This document shows positions 9,911 to 19,594 of a stretch of 64,000 nt of DNA, piece by piece. Source of the DNA: a virus; the IMG/VR virus record IMGVR_UViG_3300042898_006838, positions 91,933 through 155,932 of that record; one strand, 5' to 3'. Below the pieces are notes generated by a model, which worked only from the letters and a program-made list of their open reading frames with translations, had not been told where the DNA came from and did no database searches. Each line of letters opens with the position of its first letter. Positions within the stretch are counted from its first letter, which is position 1. Both the position numbers and the translations under genes were made by a program.

Positions 9911-10024
9911 CCTTCCTGATTCCAACATCTTGAGGACTTGGCTTTCGAATCAACGGAAAGCCAAGTCCCAAAGCCAATTCAGGCTGTCAGCGACGGCGAG
10001 ACGCCGTCTCCTGTCGAAGGCCTC
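9907..10024 (-). ncRNA. retron-like msr-msd unit (array 1, unit 1)
   Basis: Arms gagaccttc 9907-9915 / gaaggcctc 10016-10024 (one G-U pair in minus-strand RNA); G:G at 10015/9916; conserved hairpin 9992-10008; 13-bp payload stem 9934-9946/9956-9968. Confidence 0.75.
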
Positions 10025-10027
10025 TGT

Positions 10028-11677
10028 CTACTTCTGACCGAGCCAGCGCTCGACGACGGCCTTGTGGCCGATGGCGATGTCGGCTCGGCTCGGCAGCCTG
10101 ACGACCATGCCCCAAGGCGGCACCGCCCCGTTGTGCGTGATCAGCCAGATGACCGGTACCCCGCGTGGCGGATTGGGGAACGGTGCGTAGCCATCGGTGG
10201 TCACGATACAGACGTCTGGCCGCATCTCCTCAGCCAGGGCCAGCGGCGCCGCGAAGTCGGTTCCGCCTCGTCCCTTGAACTCGGCCGCCCTCTTCACGGT
10301 GCTGCGGTTGATGGCAATAGGCGGTCCGTGCAGGCCGTGGTCGAAGTCCTGCACCTGCACTTGCACGTGACTCAGACGTGTCATGTGGAAGAGCTCGTTG
10401 TAGCTGACGGCCAGCTCCTCGTCGACGACGCTGCCGCTGGTGTCACGACACCAGAGAATCGACAGCCGTCTGTTCTTCTTGCTGCCGGGAGGAACATGCG
10501 TCTTCCTGTTGACCTTGGCGACGGTACTGCGCCTGGTGACGTGAACGTGCCTGGCCACGAACATGCGCAGGAGCTTCTCGAATGGAACGGCCTTCTCCCT
10601 CATGATCTCGTCGATCATGGTCAGGAGATCTCCAGGCATGTACCCGCGCATCTTTCCGCCTTCGCCTCGCGACTGCGCCGTCTGGTACGCGTGCCTGACC
10701 ATGGCCTTGACGGCCTCGTGCACAACCTCCGGTGAGTCGTTCACGACACCCCACTGGCCATGATCGTCGAAGGACTGGAGCTCGCCTTCTCCGTCGCCCT
10801 CCTCGTCCCCCGGCTCCTTGCCTTTGCCAGGCTTACCGTCTTCACCCGGCTCACCTTCACCGCCCTTGCCATCGCCTGGCTTCTTGCCTTTGCCATCCTT
10901 ACCGTCTCCCGGCTTGCCATCATCGCCGGGCTCGCTGTCGCCTGGCTTGCCGGCGCCAGGGTCGTCGCCCTTGGGCCTGGACATCATGATCTTGACGCTG
11001 ACGCTCTTGAAGTACTGCGGGCTCTTCTCTCGAATCTGCTGAAGCAGCTCGTAGTACCTCTCCCACGTCTCCCGCTCCGGGAAGTTCCTCCAGTCCCTCT
11101 CCGCCTTGCCCTCCTCTGGAACGCGCAGCTTGCTGGGCATCAGCACCCAACCCGGCTGATCACCTTCGCTCTGGATCAGGCTGTCGACAGCCAGGTCCAT
11201 GGCCACGTTGACCAGCGGATCCCGGTGCAGATCCCTATTCTTCCGACCCTGCTCGACGTGACCGTGGATGCAGTGTCCGATTTCATGCTGCAGGAACCCG
11301 ACGTTGTGCTTCAGGTTGTGGATGGCCATGAAGTCCGGGTTGTAGACCATCTCCACCCGCCCGTTCCTGACGCCGACGGCCAGGGTCGGGATCTCGTAGG
11401 TCTCACGCCTCACGATCTCGGCAAAGCAGTAGGCGTAGAACGGTCGGTTCTCCCGAAGCCACATCAGCGCCCACTCGAAGCTGTGCTGGTGACGAGGGTC
11501 CCCGGGCTCCACGCCCTTCTCGGCCATGATCCGCCGGTACGTGAACCGGCGCCCGGAGACCACGGCCTTGACAGCCTCCTCCACGCTCTCCGGCTTATCC
11601 GTTGACGGTGCATCCTCAAGAGTCCCGGGCTTGAGCCAGGGGCCAAGAGGTCCTTGGTCAGCTGCGTTTCTTGTCAT
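10028..11677 (-). CDS. DUF2201-type putative metallopeptidase + VWA-like domain protein
   Basis: HEIGH, N.AMD..V, G/D/K-rich linker, DTSGS (MIDAS), GRGGTDF, TDG. Confidence 0.85.
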   Translation of the reverse strand: MTRNAADQGPLGPWLKPGTLEDAPSTDKPESVEEAVKAVVSGRRFTYRRIMAEKGVEPGDPRHQHSFEWALMWLRENRPFYAYCFAEIVRRETYEIPTLAVGVRNGRVEMVYNPDFMAIHNLKHNVGFLQHEIGHCIHGHVEQGRKNRDLHRDPLVNVAMDLAVDSLIQSEGDQPGWVLMPSKLRVPEEGKAERDWRNFPERETWERYYELLQQIREKSPQYFKSVSVKIMMSRPKGDDPGAGKPGDSEPGDDGKPGDGKDGKGKKPGDGKGGEGEPGEDGKPGKGKEPGDEEGDGEGELQSFDDHGQWGVVNDSPEVVHEAVKAMVRHAYQTAQSRGEGGKMRGYMPGDLLTMIDEIMREKAVPFEKLLRMFVARHVHVTRRSTVAKVNRKTHVPPGSKKNRRLSILWCRDTSGSVVDEELAVSYNELFHMTRLSHVQVQVQDFDHGLHGPPIAINRSTVKRAAEFKGRGGTDFAAPLALAEEMRPDVCIVTTDGYAPFPNPPRGVPVIWLITHNGAVPPWGMVVRLPSRADIAIGHKAVVERWLGQK

Positions 11678-13154
11678 TCTCAACCTCCTTCTCGAACTGG
11701 CTGTGAACGCGCTCGAACAAGTCCTTCATGATCGGCATGCTGCCTGCCCAGTACAGGCTGCGCTTGAAGCGCTGGTGCATGTCCTCCAACAGGAACCGGC
11801 GGCTGATGTCGACGGGCAGGTCCCTGAGGAACATGAGCAGATTCATCATCTGCCCCTTCTCCAGGTCCGTGAGACCGCTGCCCGTGCGCTCGTCGCTGCC
11901 CCGGGCCTTGAGATCGTCGTCGAAGGCGTGCATGTACTCACGCGCCTCGTCGAGTGTGATCTTCAGCAGCTCGGTCTTCACGTTGGTCTTCTTGACCATG
12001 GCGTGGAGCCTGGTCCTGGTCTTCGTCGGCTTCCAGGCCTTGTAGTCGCGAAGCTCCTCGACCTTCATGTCCTGACGCCAGCCGTAGTCGTTCAGGATCT
12101 CCTGGATCCTGAGCGGACGATGCACACTCTCCGTGCCCTCCTTGAAGAAGATGGGACCGAGATCTGGGCCCAGGAGGTCGCTGACCACGGACATGCCCAC
12201 GCTCTGAATCTCGTCCTTGGTCATCAGATCCCAGCACTTGCCGGCCATCTCCAGACTCCGGAACGTGGGCTTGACCTCGTTGCGCAGGTCGGCCTCGTAC
12301 TTGATCAGCTTCCGGTGCTTGTCGGCGACGATGCGAGCCGTCTCGCTGACGCCGCTCTTCCCCGCCCAGTCGATGAACTCCTCGATGTCCGGGATCGCGT
12401 TGACGACGGCACAGCGAGTCAGCATCGCCCGGTCCATCTGGCCCACGAGGTACTCACCGTTGTCCGGGTTCATGGTGCACACGATCCAGACGCCTTCCGG
12501 CACCGTGTAGTCCAGGTAGCGACGCTCCAGGATCATCTGCATCAGCGCCTGACGCACTGGATCCTCCATGCGGTTGAGCTCGTCGATGAGCCAGATGCCG
12601 CCGCCACGATGCCTGGCGTCTGGGAAGTTGCGGCTCACGCGCAGGTACTCGACGTGGGCGTGTCGCTTGTCGTCCTCGCTGATCCCCAGCTTCCGACACA
12701 TGCCGATGAAGATGTCTTCGGCCGCGGACAGCATGTCTCGTGGGTCGGAGTTGACGTGCATGCGGCTGGCCATGTCGCAGGCCCGCAGGTAGACCTCGCG
12801 GTACACGGCTCGGTCGTCGACGACGTAGGGCATGCCCGTCACCTCCTCGTGGGCGATGATCGACATCGTCCAGAGCCCGAAGGCGTCGAGGCTCTCGCTG
12901 ACGTTCTTGAACAGGTGGCGGCTGTTAACGGTGCTCAGCGACGAGACGTCTCGGTCCACGACCAAGTCGTTGCCGTCGCCGACACGGCCCTTGATCGAGA
13001 CCTTACCCAGGCCCTGGCCGCGGATCGCCGCCTGCTCGGCGTAGAACTGGTAGACGGCGCTGGTCTTGCCCATGCCGCTTTCGCCCACGATCACGGGCGT
13101 GATGTCGGCGCGTTGAAAGATTGCGAGCTTGTTCTTGATATGATTGAGGCTCAT
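11658..13154 (-). CDS. MoxR-like AAA+ ATPase
   Basis: GESGMGKT, IWLIDELNR, TMNP, DRAMLTR; paired with a VWA gene. Confidence 0.85.
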   Translation of the reverse strand: MSLNHIKNKLAIFQRADITPVIVGESGMGKTSAVYQFYAEQAAIRGQGLGKVSIKGRVGDGNDLVVDRDVSSLSTVNSRHLFKNVSESLDAFGLWTMSIIAHEEVTGMPYVVDDRAVYREVYLRACDMASRMHVNSDPRDMLSAAEDIFIGMCRKLGISEDDKRHAHVEYLRVSRNFPDARHRGGGIWLIDELNRMEDPVRQALMQMILERRYLDYTVPEGVWIVCTMNPDNGEYLVGQMDRAMLTRCAVVNAIPDIEEFIDWAGKSGVSETARIVADKHRKLIKYEADLRNEVKPTFRSLEMAGKCWDLMTKDEIQSVGMSVVSDLLGPDLGPIFFKEGTESVHRPLRIQEILNDYGWRQDMKVEELRDYKAWKPTKTRTRLHAMVKKTNVKTELLKITLDEAREYMHAFDDDLKARGSDERTGSGLTDLEKGQMMNLLMFLRDLPVDISRRFLLEDMHQRFKRSLYWAGSMPIMKDLFERVHSQFEKEVENDKKRS

Positions 13155-13156
13155 GT

Positions 13157-14173
13157 TCAGCTTCTCCCTTTTCTCTGAAAGTCGAACTCGAATGGGGCCT
13201 GGGAGACGTTTTTCTCCCAGGTCCTGGTAACTGACTCTGACTCGGCCCTGGCGATCACGGACTCAAGACGCAGGGCCTCCTGCGGTTGGACGCTGTGGAT
13301 GTACGAGAGCCAGCCCTTGATGGCTGCCTTCCGCTCCGGTGTCTGCTGTGGCCAGTGGTGACAGGCACTCTGGATCCGGCGCCTTATCTGGCGGGGGATG
13401 CGAGCGTCGTCGCCGCTGACGACCAGGCCCGTGACCTTCTGACGGCCGCCACGGCGCATGATCGCCACCTTCTTCTCATTGACCCGAAAGCCCTGGTCCA
13501 CGACGATCTCTCGCACGTAGCCCAGGAAGCCGTCGACGCCACCACGCCAGACGTCGGCACTGAACGTGAGGTCATCGGCGTAGCGCGTGTAGCGCATGCC
13601 CAGGCTCGCGGCCAGGGCCTTGAGTCTGCGATCCAGGCGCCAGGCGGCGATGTTGGCGATGTCGGGGCTGGTGACAAAGCCTTGACACAGATGGTCCTCG
13701 TAACTGGTCAGGCGCGTAAGCGTCGCCGCCACCCGCGGCTCGAAGCCGAAGACGGTGCGGAAGATGGCGAATACGCGCCGGCTGCCGATGCCGGGGAAGA
13801 AGTCCTTGAGGTCGACGTTGATCAGCAGCTGCGGAGCCCGTGCCTCTCCGCCAGCCAGTGACGGCACGTGGGACCTGGCGTTGGTCAGGCACCCACGCCC
13901 GGGCACGAAGCCGTGAACGCAGTCGTCGACGGGCACGCGCTGCAGCAGGCCCTCACGGATCCGTGTCTGCAGCCAGTACAGGACCTTGCTCGGCTCGTAG
14001 ACCGTCCTTCTCTTCGCACCCTTGTTCGTGACGATGACGTGCTTACTCACGTTCTCAGCCTGACGCCATGCACACCACGTGGCGTGTCGCGGCAACACGT
14101 CCAGGTAGCTGAACAGCAGGCTGACGGTATTCAGGTAGCTGAGATCAACTACCGGTTTTGGATTCTCGTCCAT
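13157..14173 (-). CDS. retron-type reverse transcriptase
   Basis: HGFVPGRG.LTNARSH (region X NAxxH), VDLKDFF, CQGFVTSP, YTRYADDLTFS, QKVTGLVV (region Y VTG); 338 aa, no maturase/endonuclease extension. Confidence 0.92.
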   Translation of the reverse strand: MDENPKPVVDLSYLNTVSLLFSYLDVLPRHATWCAWRQAENVSKHVIVTNKGAKRRTVYEPSKVLYWLQTRIREGLLQRVPVDDCVHGFVPGRGCLTNARSHVPSLAGGEARAPQLLINVDLKDFFPGIGSRRVFAIFRTVFGFEPRVAATLTRLTSYEDHLCQGFVTSPDIANIAAWRLDRRLKALAASLGMRYTRYADDLTFSADVWRGGVDGFLGYVREIVVDQGFRVNEKKVAIMRRGGRQKVTGLVVSGDDARIPRQIRRRIQSACHHWPQQTPERKAAIKGWLSYIHSVQPQEALRLESVIARAESESVTRTWEKNVSQAPFEFDFQRKGRS

Positions 14174-14558
14174 GACCTTCTCCCTTCTTCTTTCGCAGCG
14201 CGATGGTGACCAAGTCTGTCTTGGCTGTGCACTTGAACATGGCGCTGACGCCCAGGCCGTCCTGGAGACAGCTGATGTTGTTCATGCACACGCCGCATAG
14301 GTCTCCATGGTTTTGCCCGTAGATGATCAGTTCTTTCACCTGCAACCAGAACAGAGCCCGCAGGTGCTTGTCCTGCAGGTGCCTGGGCACGAGCGGTATC
14401 ATGAGATCACCGTCGACAACCGCGATGCTGGATCCAGCACGCTGGCACTCGTCGACGACGCGCTGGTCCAGCTTGTGAGTCGACATCAGCGCCAGAGACT
14501 CGTGACGATGTATCTGCACATTCCTCTTCCAATCAGCTCTGCTCCCAGCCATTGACAT
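14145..14558 (-). CDS. hypothetical protein overlapping the RT start
   Basis: 137 aa with CGVC..C..C; GAGGT RBS; overlaps RT by 29 nt. Confidence 0.6.
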   Translation of the reverse strand: MSMAGSRADWKRNVQIHRHESLALMSTHKLDQRVVDECQRAGSSIAVVDGDLMIPLVPRHLQDKHLRALFWLQVKELIIYGQNHGDLCGVCMNNISCLQDGLGVSAMFKCTAKTDLVTIALRKKKGEGHGRESKTGS

Positions 14559-15999
14559 ACTGACCTCGAATTCCGGGCCTTATGCCCAGCTGACTGTGGA
14601 CGGTTTGGAAGTACGGATATCCGATACGGACGCTGAACCTTGGTCGGTCGCCGACGGTGATTGACGATCCACGGAATCCGAATCCACCATGCTGACTTGC
14701 ACCTGTATCGGTGCTGATCGTGATGTCTCCGCGCCCGTCGATCTCCATGGCCAGGACGTCATTGCGCTTGCTTCGACCGTCACCGTGATACCGGAGGTCT
14801 CCGAACGAGTACCTCCTGTCCATGTCCTTCATGACCAGGAACAGGGACGGCAGCCGCTCCTTGTCGACGGTGTCGAGAGAGAAGCTGCTGGGAACGGCTC
14901 CGATTGACAAGAGCTCGGTCTCACTGACCGTCGCGAACTCCCCGTACCCGGGCGTCAGCGACCTGAGGCTGAGGACACGTTCGCCCTTGAACCACTTGCG
15001 ACCCGGGCCGTAGACGATGAAGTTCTTATTATTCCGCTTCCACTTACTTCCTCCCCAGCGACCCCAGGCCTCAAGCCATGACCTCTGGTCCTCACGGCCT
15101 TGCCAGCCGCCGATGACCGGGACCATGTCAGGAGACAGTCGACAAGGGCTCTCCAGGGCCCAGACGTTCTTGCAGGCGTAGACGCAGCCCTGGCACTCGC
15201 TGGCCCGGTACGCGCGTCTGGCCTTGTTTGTGGCCCCGGACTTCTGGCTCTTGAACCTGGCCGTCAGCCGATGCACGGCGCTGGTCTCGTAGCTGAAGTC
15301 CAGGGTCCCGGCGTTCACGCGCTCGGGAAAGCCGGTGACCGGGGCCTGGGCCGCGAAGTATGGCCGGGACTTGGCAACGGCCTCCAGGTCCTCGATGTCC
15401 ACACCCTCCTCGATCATGCCCCTGACAACACGGATGTCGCTGTCGTCGACCTCCGGGTTCAGGTGCTGAGGCCTGGTGACAACGCACCATCCCAGGTCCT
15501 TCAGGCTCTTGGCGGTGATCGTGGCCGTCGTCGCCGTCCCGATCCTGATCAGGGAACAGGCGTTGCGGTGGCCGTCGAGTACCGCCCGCTCCATCTCCTC
15601 ACTGGCCTCGGCTCGCGGGTCCTTGCCGCTACTGCGCTGCCACTTCGGGCGATGATCGTGGTTCGGCGGCCTGACGCCGGGGACGGTTCCTTCCAGTCCC
15701 CCGTAGCGACGCCAGCAGTCGTCGCGCTGTGGGCAGCTGGCACAGACGTTTCGCGCCTGCCCCTCGCCTCCCGCCATCAGCCACTGGCCTCCGGAGATGT
15801 TGACGTACTCGGACTCCAGATCCTCGAAGCCGCCACGGTTGACGCTCGGGCCCTGGACGGCGACGAGGCTGTGGCCGACGGAGAAGACGTTGAAGTCATG
15901 CTCCAGGGCCAGGCGCCTGAGTCTATTCTGATCCGATTCGCCGTTGTGGCAGATGACGAGGACGCCGCTGTCATCCTTCCTGAAAAAGCAGTTGTTCAT
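14533..15999 (-). CDS. hypothetical Cys-rich protein, probable first gene of the RT operon
   Basis: 488 aa; CASCPQRDDC and CQGCVYAC clusters; AGGAG RBS. Confidence 0.7.
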   Translation of the reverse strand: MNNCFFRKDDSGVLVICHNGESDQNRLRRLALEHDFNVFSVGHSLVAVQGPSVNRGGFEDLESEYVNISGGQWLMAGGEGQARNVCASCPQRDDCWRRYGGLEGTVPGVRPPNHDHRPKWQRSSGKDPRAEASEEMERAVLDGHRNACSLIRIGTATTATITAKSLKDLGWCVVTRPQHLNPEVDDSDIRVVRGMIEEGVDIEDLEAVAKSRPYFAAQAPVTGFPERVNAGTLDFSYETSAVHRLTARFKSQKSGATNKARRAYRASECQGCVYACKNVWALESPCRLSPDMVPVIGGWQGREDQRSWLEAWGRWGGSKWKRNNKNFIVYGPGRKWFKGERVLSLRSLTPGYGEFATVSETELLSIGAVPSSFSLDTVDKERLPSLFLVMKDMDRRYSFGDLRYHGDGRSKRNDVLAMEIDGRGDITISTDTGASQHGGFGFRGSSITVGDRPRFSVRIGYPYFQTVHSQLGIRPGIRGQYVNGWEQS

Positions 16000-16011
16000 A
16001 TCCAGCTCCTG

Positions 16012-16044
16012 AAAAAGAAGAGACCCGGCTCGTCACCGGGTCTC
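16012..16044 (-). terminator. intrinsic terminator-like hairpin upstream of the RT operon
   Basis: GAGACCCGG-7nt-CCGGGTCTC followed by TTCTTTTT on the minus strand. Confidence 0.7.
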
Positions 16045-16066
16045 GTTGGTTCTCTGCTCACTGACG

Positions 16067-16075
16067 GTTATGCCC
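16067..16075 (-). promoter_or_regulatory. GGGCATAAC promoter-like motif (one of about 10 copies)
   Basis: Motif recurs upstream of gene starts; see findings. Confidence 0.55.
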
Positions 16076-16182
16076 GATGTCAGCCCGGGATACGGGCCCC
16101 ACATTCCTGACAGACGCCGTTGACGGTCGCCGTCAGGCACCGGCACCAGACGAGGTGGCCGTCTGACCTCAGCGGCTGCTGG

Positions 16183-16482
16183 TCAGCGTCTTGAGCCTCC
16201 TTGTCCAGGGTCGAAGGCTGCACTGCGTACTTGGTCATTCCCTGACCCGATTTCTTCTCTTCCATCGATCACCCCCTTGACCCTGGTCACGTAGGCCAGG
16301 CACTTTTGATTCACAGCAATCAGGTTCTCACAGGCACTGGCCACGGACGACAGCTGATCCCTGGTCACCAGTCGACGGTCGTCGAGCTGGGACCTGAGAA
16401 CAGCATTCTCTCGCCACAGGAACGCCGACGTCGAGGACAGCGCCAGGAGACAGATGCTCAATGCCACAACAGCAGTTCTCAT
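16183..16482 (-). CDS. small secreted/membrane protein
   Basis: Hydrophobic N-terminus followed by a coiled-coil-like stretch. Confidence 0.5.
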   Translation of the reverse strand: MRTAVVALSICLLALSSTSAFLWRENAVLRSQLDDRRLVTRDQLSSVASACENLIAVNQKCLAYVTRVKGVIDGREEIGSGNDQVRSAAFDPGQGGSRR

Positions 16483-16781
16483 GACCGTTCCTCCCTCTTC
16501 TTCATCGCCAGGTGATATTTGTCCCAGCGACTGCGAGACGCGTCGGCGACGGCTTGCATGGAGTCGTACACGGCACGGCAGTCTGTGACGTGCCTGGCCA
16601 ACTCGTCCCTGGTCATGACCAGAGACGTCTCAACTCGTCCATCCTCTCCCCAAACCGTGATCTGGGCTCCGGGAACCAAGGCCATGCCATCGTCGTCGAC
16701 ACTCGACTCGTCGGTCATGGCCATGGCGTCGGCAGCCGGTGGCAGGAGAAGTACAGCTACCCTCATAACTTTTGAGCTCAT
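16479..16781 (-). CDS. hypothetical protein
   Basis: ATGA-coupled ORF. Confidence 0.5.
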   Translation of the reverse strand: MSSKVMRVAVLLLPPAADAMAMTDESSVDDDGMALVPGAQITVWGEDGRVETSLVMTRDELARHVTDCRAVYDSMQAVADASRSRWDKYHLAMKKREERS

Positions 16782-17653
16782 CGCCTGACATCTCCATCGT
16801 CTTTGCCTGGTTTTATTGGGACCTCGACCTTAAGACCAGGAACAGTTTCCTGGCTCTCGTCACTGAAGTCACCCTTCATCGCGTTCTTCATCGCCAGCAT
16901 CGTCGACGGAGCCAGGTCCGTGAAGCGGCTGGTGATGAAGCTCAGGTAGCTCTTTGGCGTCTCCGACAGCAGCATGCCGATGTGCTTGCCGGCCCCCATC
17001 CGCAGTCGAGACGTTTCTCGACAGCGGAAGAGGAAGGCGCCGTACCGCTGGTACTCGGCCTCGACCAGCGGTCGAAGTCGAGCCTGCTCGTCCAGCGCCT
17101 CGTCGACGTCGGCCGGAATCATGCCCTTGTCGGCCATGGCCGTGATCAACTCACCAGTCATCTGGCAGTCGACGGCGGCGCTGTGAGCCTGGCCACGGCT
17201 GGGGTGGATGCCGAAGCGAGCGCAGACCTCCGTCAGCTTCCGCGGCTGTCCCCTCATCTTCCAGTTCACGAAGACCATGGCGTCGAGAGTCGGCCAGGGC
17301 CAGCCCGCGTCCAGGCCGTGACGCTCGCACTCCGCCGTCACCAGCACCTGGTCGTAGGCGAGGATGTTGTAGCCGGCCACGACCGTGCCCTCGCCTTCGA
17401 AGTAGGCCTTGACCCGAGGCCAGAGCTCCGGGAACTGAGGGCAGTCGGCGACGGTGGCGTCGACGATGCCGTGGACGTCGCTGGCTCCCTTGGGGATGGG
17501 GATCCCGGGGTTCACGCGCACACGCCGCCGCGTGTACTCGCTGACCCCGGGATCCCTGATCGCTGCCCCGAACTCGACGACACGGTCGCTGGCCGTGTCC
17601 ACGCCCGTGGACTCGATGTCGAAAACAACCAATCTGGTCTCTGAAAGCAGCAT
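16778..17653 (-). CDS. DEDDh 3'-5' exonuclease (DnaQ/epsilon-like)
   Basis: VFDIESTG, VHGI, YNILAYD, AHSAAVD. Confidence 0.9.
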   Translation of the reverse strand: MLLSETRLVVFDIESTGVDTASDRVVEFGAAIRDPGVSEYTRRRVRVNPGIPIPKGASDVHGIVDATVADCPQFPELWPRVKAYFEGEGTVVAGYNILAYDQVLVTAECERHGLDAGWPWPTLDAMVFVNWKMRGQPRKLTEVCARFGIHPSRGQAHSAAVDCQMTGELITAMADKGMIPADVDEALDEQARLRPLVEAEYQRYGAFLFRCRETSRLRMGAGKHIGMLLSETPKSYLSFITSRFTDLAPSTMLAMKNAMKGDFSDESQETVPGLKVEVPIKPGKDDGDVRR

Positions 17654-17713
17654 GTCACCTCACAATCCGGTCCAGGCTGTCCTGGCGACCTGTTGTAGTC
17701 AAGTTTGATTGCA

Positions 17714-19591
17714 TCATCTTCTTCCGCTCTTAGAGAGTTGAAGAAGCTGGGCGATGACGTTGCCGTCGACGACGGCCTCATGCGCCTCCTGCTTCGTCAT
17801 CACCGCCTTCAGGATCACTTCATCGACCGTGCCCTTGGCCACGACCGTCACGTACGTCACCTTCCGCGTCTGGCCCATGCGGTAGATGCGTCTCTTCGCC
17901 TGGTAGAAGTCCTCGAAGCTGTAGCCATAGCTGTGGAAGATGGCGACGTTGCAGTGCTCGACCCACGTGTGCCCGAACTTGGCGCTGAGGGGGTGAGCGA
18001 TCATGACCTTGTTCCTGCCGGTCTTGAAGGCCATGGCGCTGGCCTCGTGATCGCTAGTGCCGCCGTGCATCGTGCTCACGCCGTACTTGGCCAGGGCGTC
18101 GCCGATGAGCTTGCCCTCTGTCTCCGGGAACCGGATCCAGATCACGACCGAGCGACCCTCGTCCTCGATCAACTGCCTGGCGATGCGTACGGTCTCGGCG
18201 ATCTTCGGACTCTCGCCCAGGAACCTGCTGTTGCCCGCGTCGTCGAAGACGAAGCCGCTGGTGATCTGGCTGAGCTTGTTCATCTGCACGATGAGCCAGC
18301 TCGTGCTCACGGTCTCGCCGTTGCCAAACTCCAGCATCATCTTCCGGTGCATGTCCCGGTAGTGAGTCTTCAGAACGCCATCGAGCTCGACCTCTGCCAA
18401 CTCGTAGCACTCGCCAGGCAAGTCCACGCACTCGTCGAGCTGGTAGCGGATGGAGCGCTCGAAGACGATGTCCCTGATCTTCATGTCCGTGTCGTCGGTC
18501 TTCGGCAGCCAGCGGAAGCCGTCGCTGGTCTGGTAGTAGTACTTGCTGCGGAAGGCGTAGAAGTTTCCGCCCAGGCACTGGTCCAGGAACGCCATTTGAC
18601 CCCAGAAGTCGAGGCTGGTGTTGGGCCGGGGTGTGGCGGTCATGCACACGCGCCGGCGCACACTGGCCCCGAAGCTGATGGTCATCTGCGTGATCTGACT
18701 CTTTGGGTTCTTGAGGCAGCTGCTCTCGTCGACGATGAACATGTCCCAATCCCAGCGCCCCAGGTCATCGGCCACGAGCTTGAAGGCCTCGGGGTTGATG
18801 AGGAAGACCTGGGCGTCGCTGGACAAGGCAGTCAGCAGCCGCTGTCTCTTGTCGTCGGCTCCCGGCGGCTGGAGCTCGGGGTGCCGGCGGTAGAGCTCGG
18901 CCTCGGCGGCCTCGTCCCCCAGCTCCTCGATCTTCTTCGACATGTGCGTGCGCATGTGCCGCCAGCCCACGTGGGTCTTGAAGACGCGCTTGCACACCGG
19001 ACAGGTCAGCACCGGCTCCCGCGGCGGCGGGTCGCTGATGTTCACCCACCGCAGGTCGCTGAAGGCGCTGACGTCCGCGCCCCAGCTCACGCCCAGGATC
19101 GTCTTCGGGGCCATGACCAGGAAGCGCTTGTAGCCCTTCAGGTCGACAAGGGCCTGCATGATGATGGCGGCCGTCGCCGTCTTGCCCGTGCCCGTGTCCA
19201 GGAACAGTCCACATGCCGGCAGCTTCAGCGCGTAGGCGGCGCTGACGACCTGGTGGTCCTTGGCCGTCGGCGGCAGCCTGACGCCGATGGCCGTCAGCCT
19301 AGTCCTGAGCTCGGACGCCGGCGTGGCCCTGATCTTGTTGGCCGCCACCCGCGCCAGCGCCAGCTTCTGCTGGTCAGCGAGCCAGGCGCTGGCCTCCGGC
19401 GGCATGGCCACGCCCATGGCCTTGAGGCCGTCGATGGCGTCATGGCTCAGGGGAATGACCCAGCGTCGGTAGCGACCGTGGTAGCGGGCTCCGGTGCTGA
19501 CGCTCTGCCACAAGCGCACCGCAAAGCCCTGGTTTTCCTCGCCCGGCGCGCCGGTGAGGTGAATGTTTCCACGCAGAATCTTGATGTCCAT
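17714..19591 (-). CDS. SNF2-family helicase with inserted C2H2 zinc finger
   Basis: DTGTGKT, IVDESS, TATP, QAKRRIYRMGQ; CPVC..HMRTH insert. Confidence 0.9.
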   Translation of the reverse strand: MDIKILRGNIHLTGAPGEENQGFAVRLWQSVSTGARYHGRYRRWVIPLSHDAIDGLKAMGVAMPPEASAWLADQQKLALARVAANKIRATPASELRTRLTAIGVRLPPTAKDHQVVSAAYALKLPACGLFLDTGTGKTATAAIIMQALVDLKGYKRFLVMAPKTILGVSWGADVSAFSDLRWVNISDPPPREPVLTCPVCKRVFKTHVGWRHMRTHMSKKIEELGDEAAEAELYRRHPELQPPGADDKRQRLLTALSSDAQVFLINPEAFKLVADDLGRWDWDMFIVDESSCLKNPKSQITQMTISFGASVRRRVCMTATPRPNTSLDFWGQMAFLDQCLGGNFYAFRSKYYYQTSDGFRWLPKTDDTDMKIRDIVFERSIRYQLDECVDLPGECYELAEVELDGVLKTHYRDMHRKMMLEFGNGETVSTSWLIVQMNKLSQITSGFVFDDAGNSRFLGESPKIAETVRIARQLIEDEGRSVVIWIRFPETEGKLIGDALAKYGVSTMHGGTSDHEASAMAFKTGRNKVMIAHPLSAKFGHTWVEHCNVAIFHSYGYSFEDFYQAKRRIYRMGQTRKVTYVTVVAKGTVDEVILKAVMTKQEAHEAVVDGNVIAQLLQLSKSGRR

Positions 19592-19594
19592 GTC

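Noticed and set aside
9593-9928. ORFs 9593-9919(+) and 9695-9928(-), also 22714-22914(+) and the 5' extension of 22231-22587
   Set aside because: They overlap the structured arrays, lack a convincing RBS or protein-like composition, and are likely spurious.
13157-14173. DGR or group II intron RT
   Set aside because: NAxxH and VTG are retron signatures. I saw no TR/VR pair with A-specific mismatches, no Avd-like gene, no maturase/endonuclease domain and no intron domain V.
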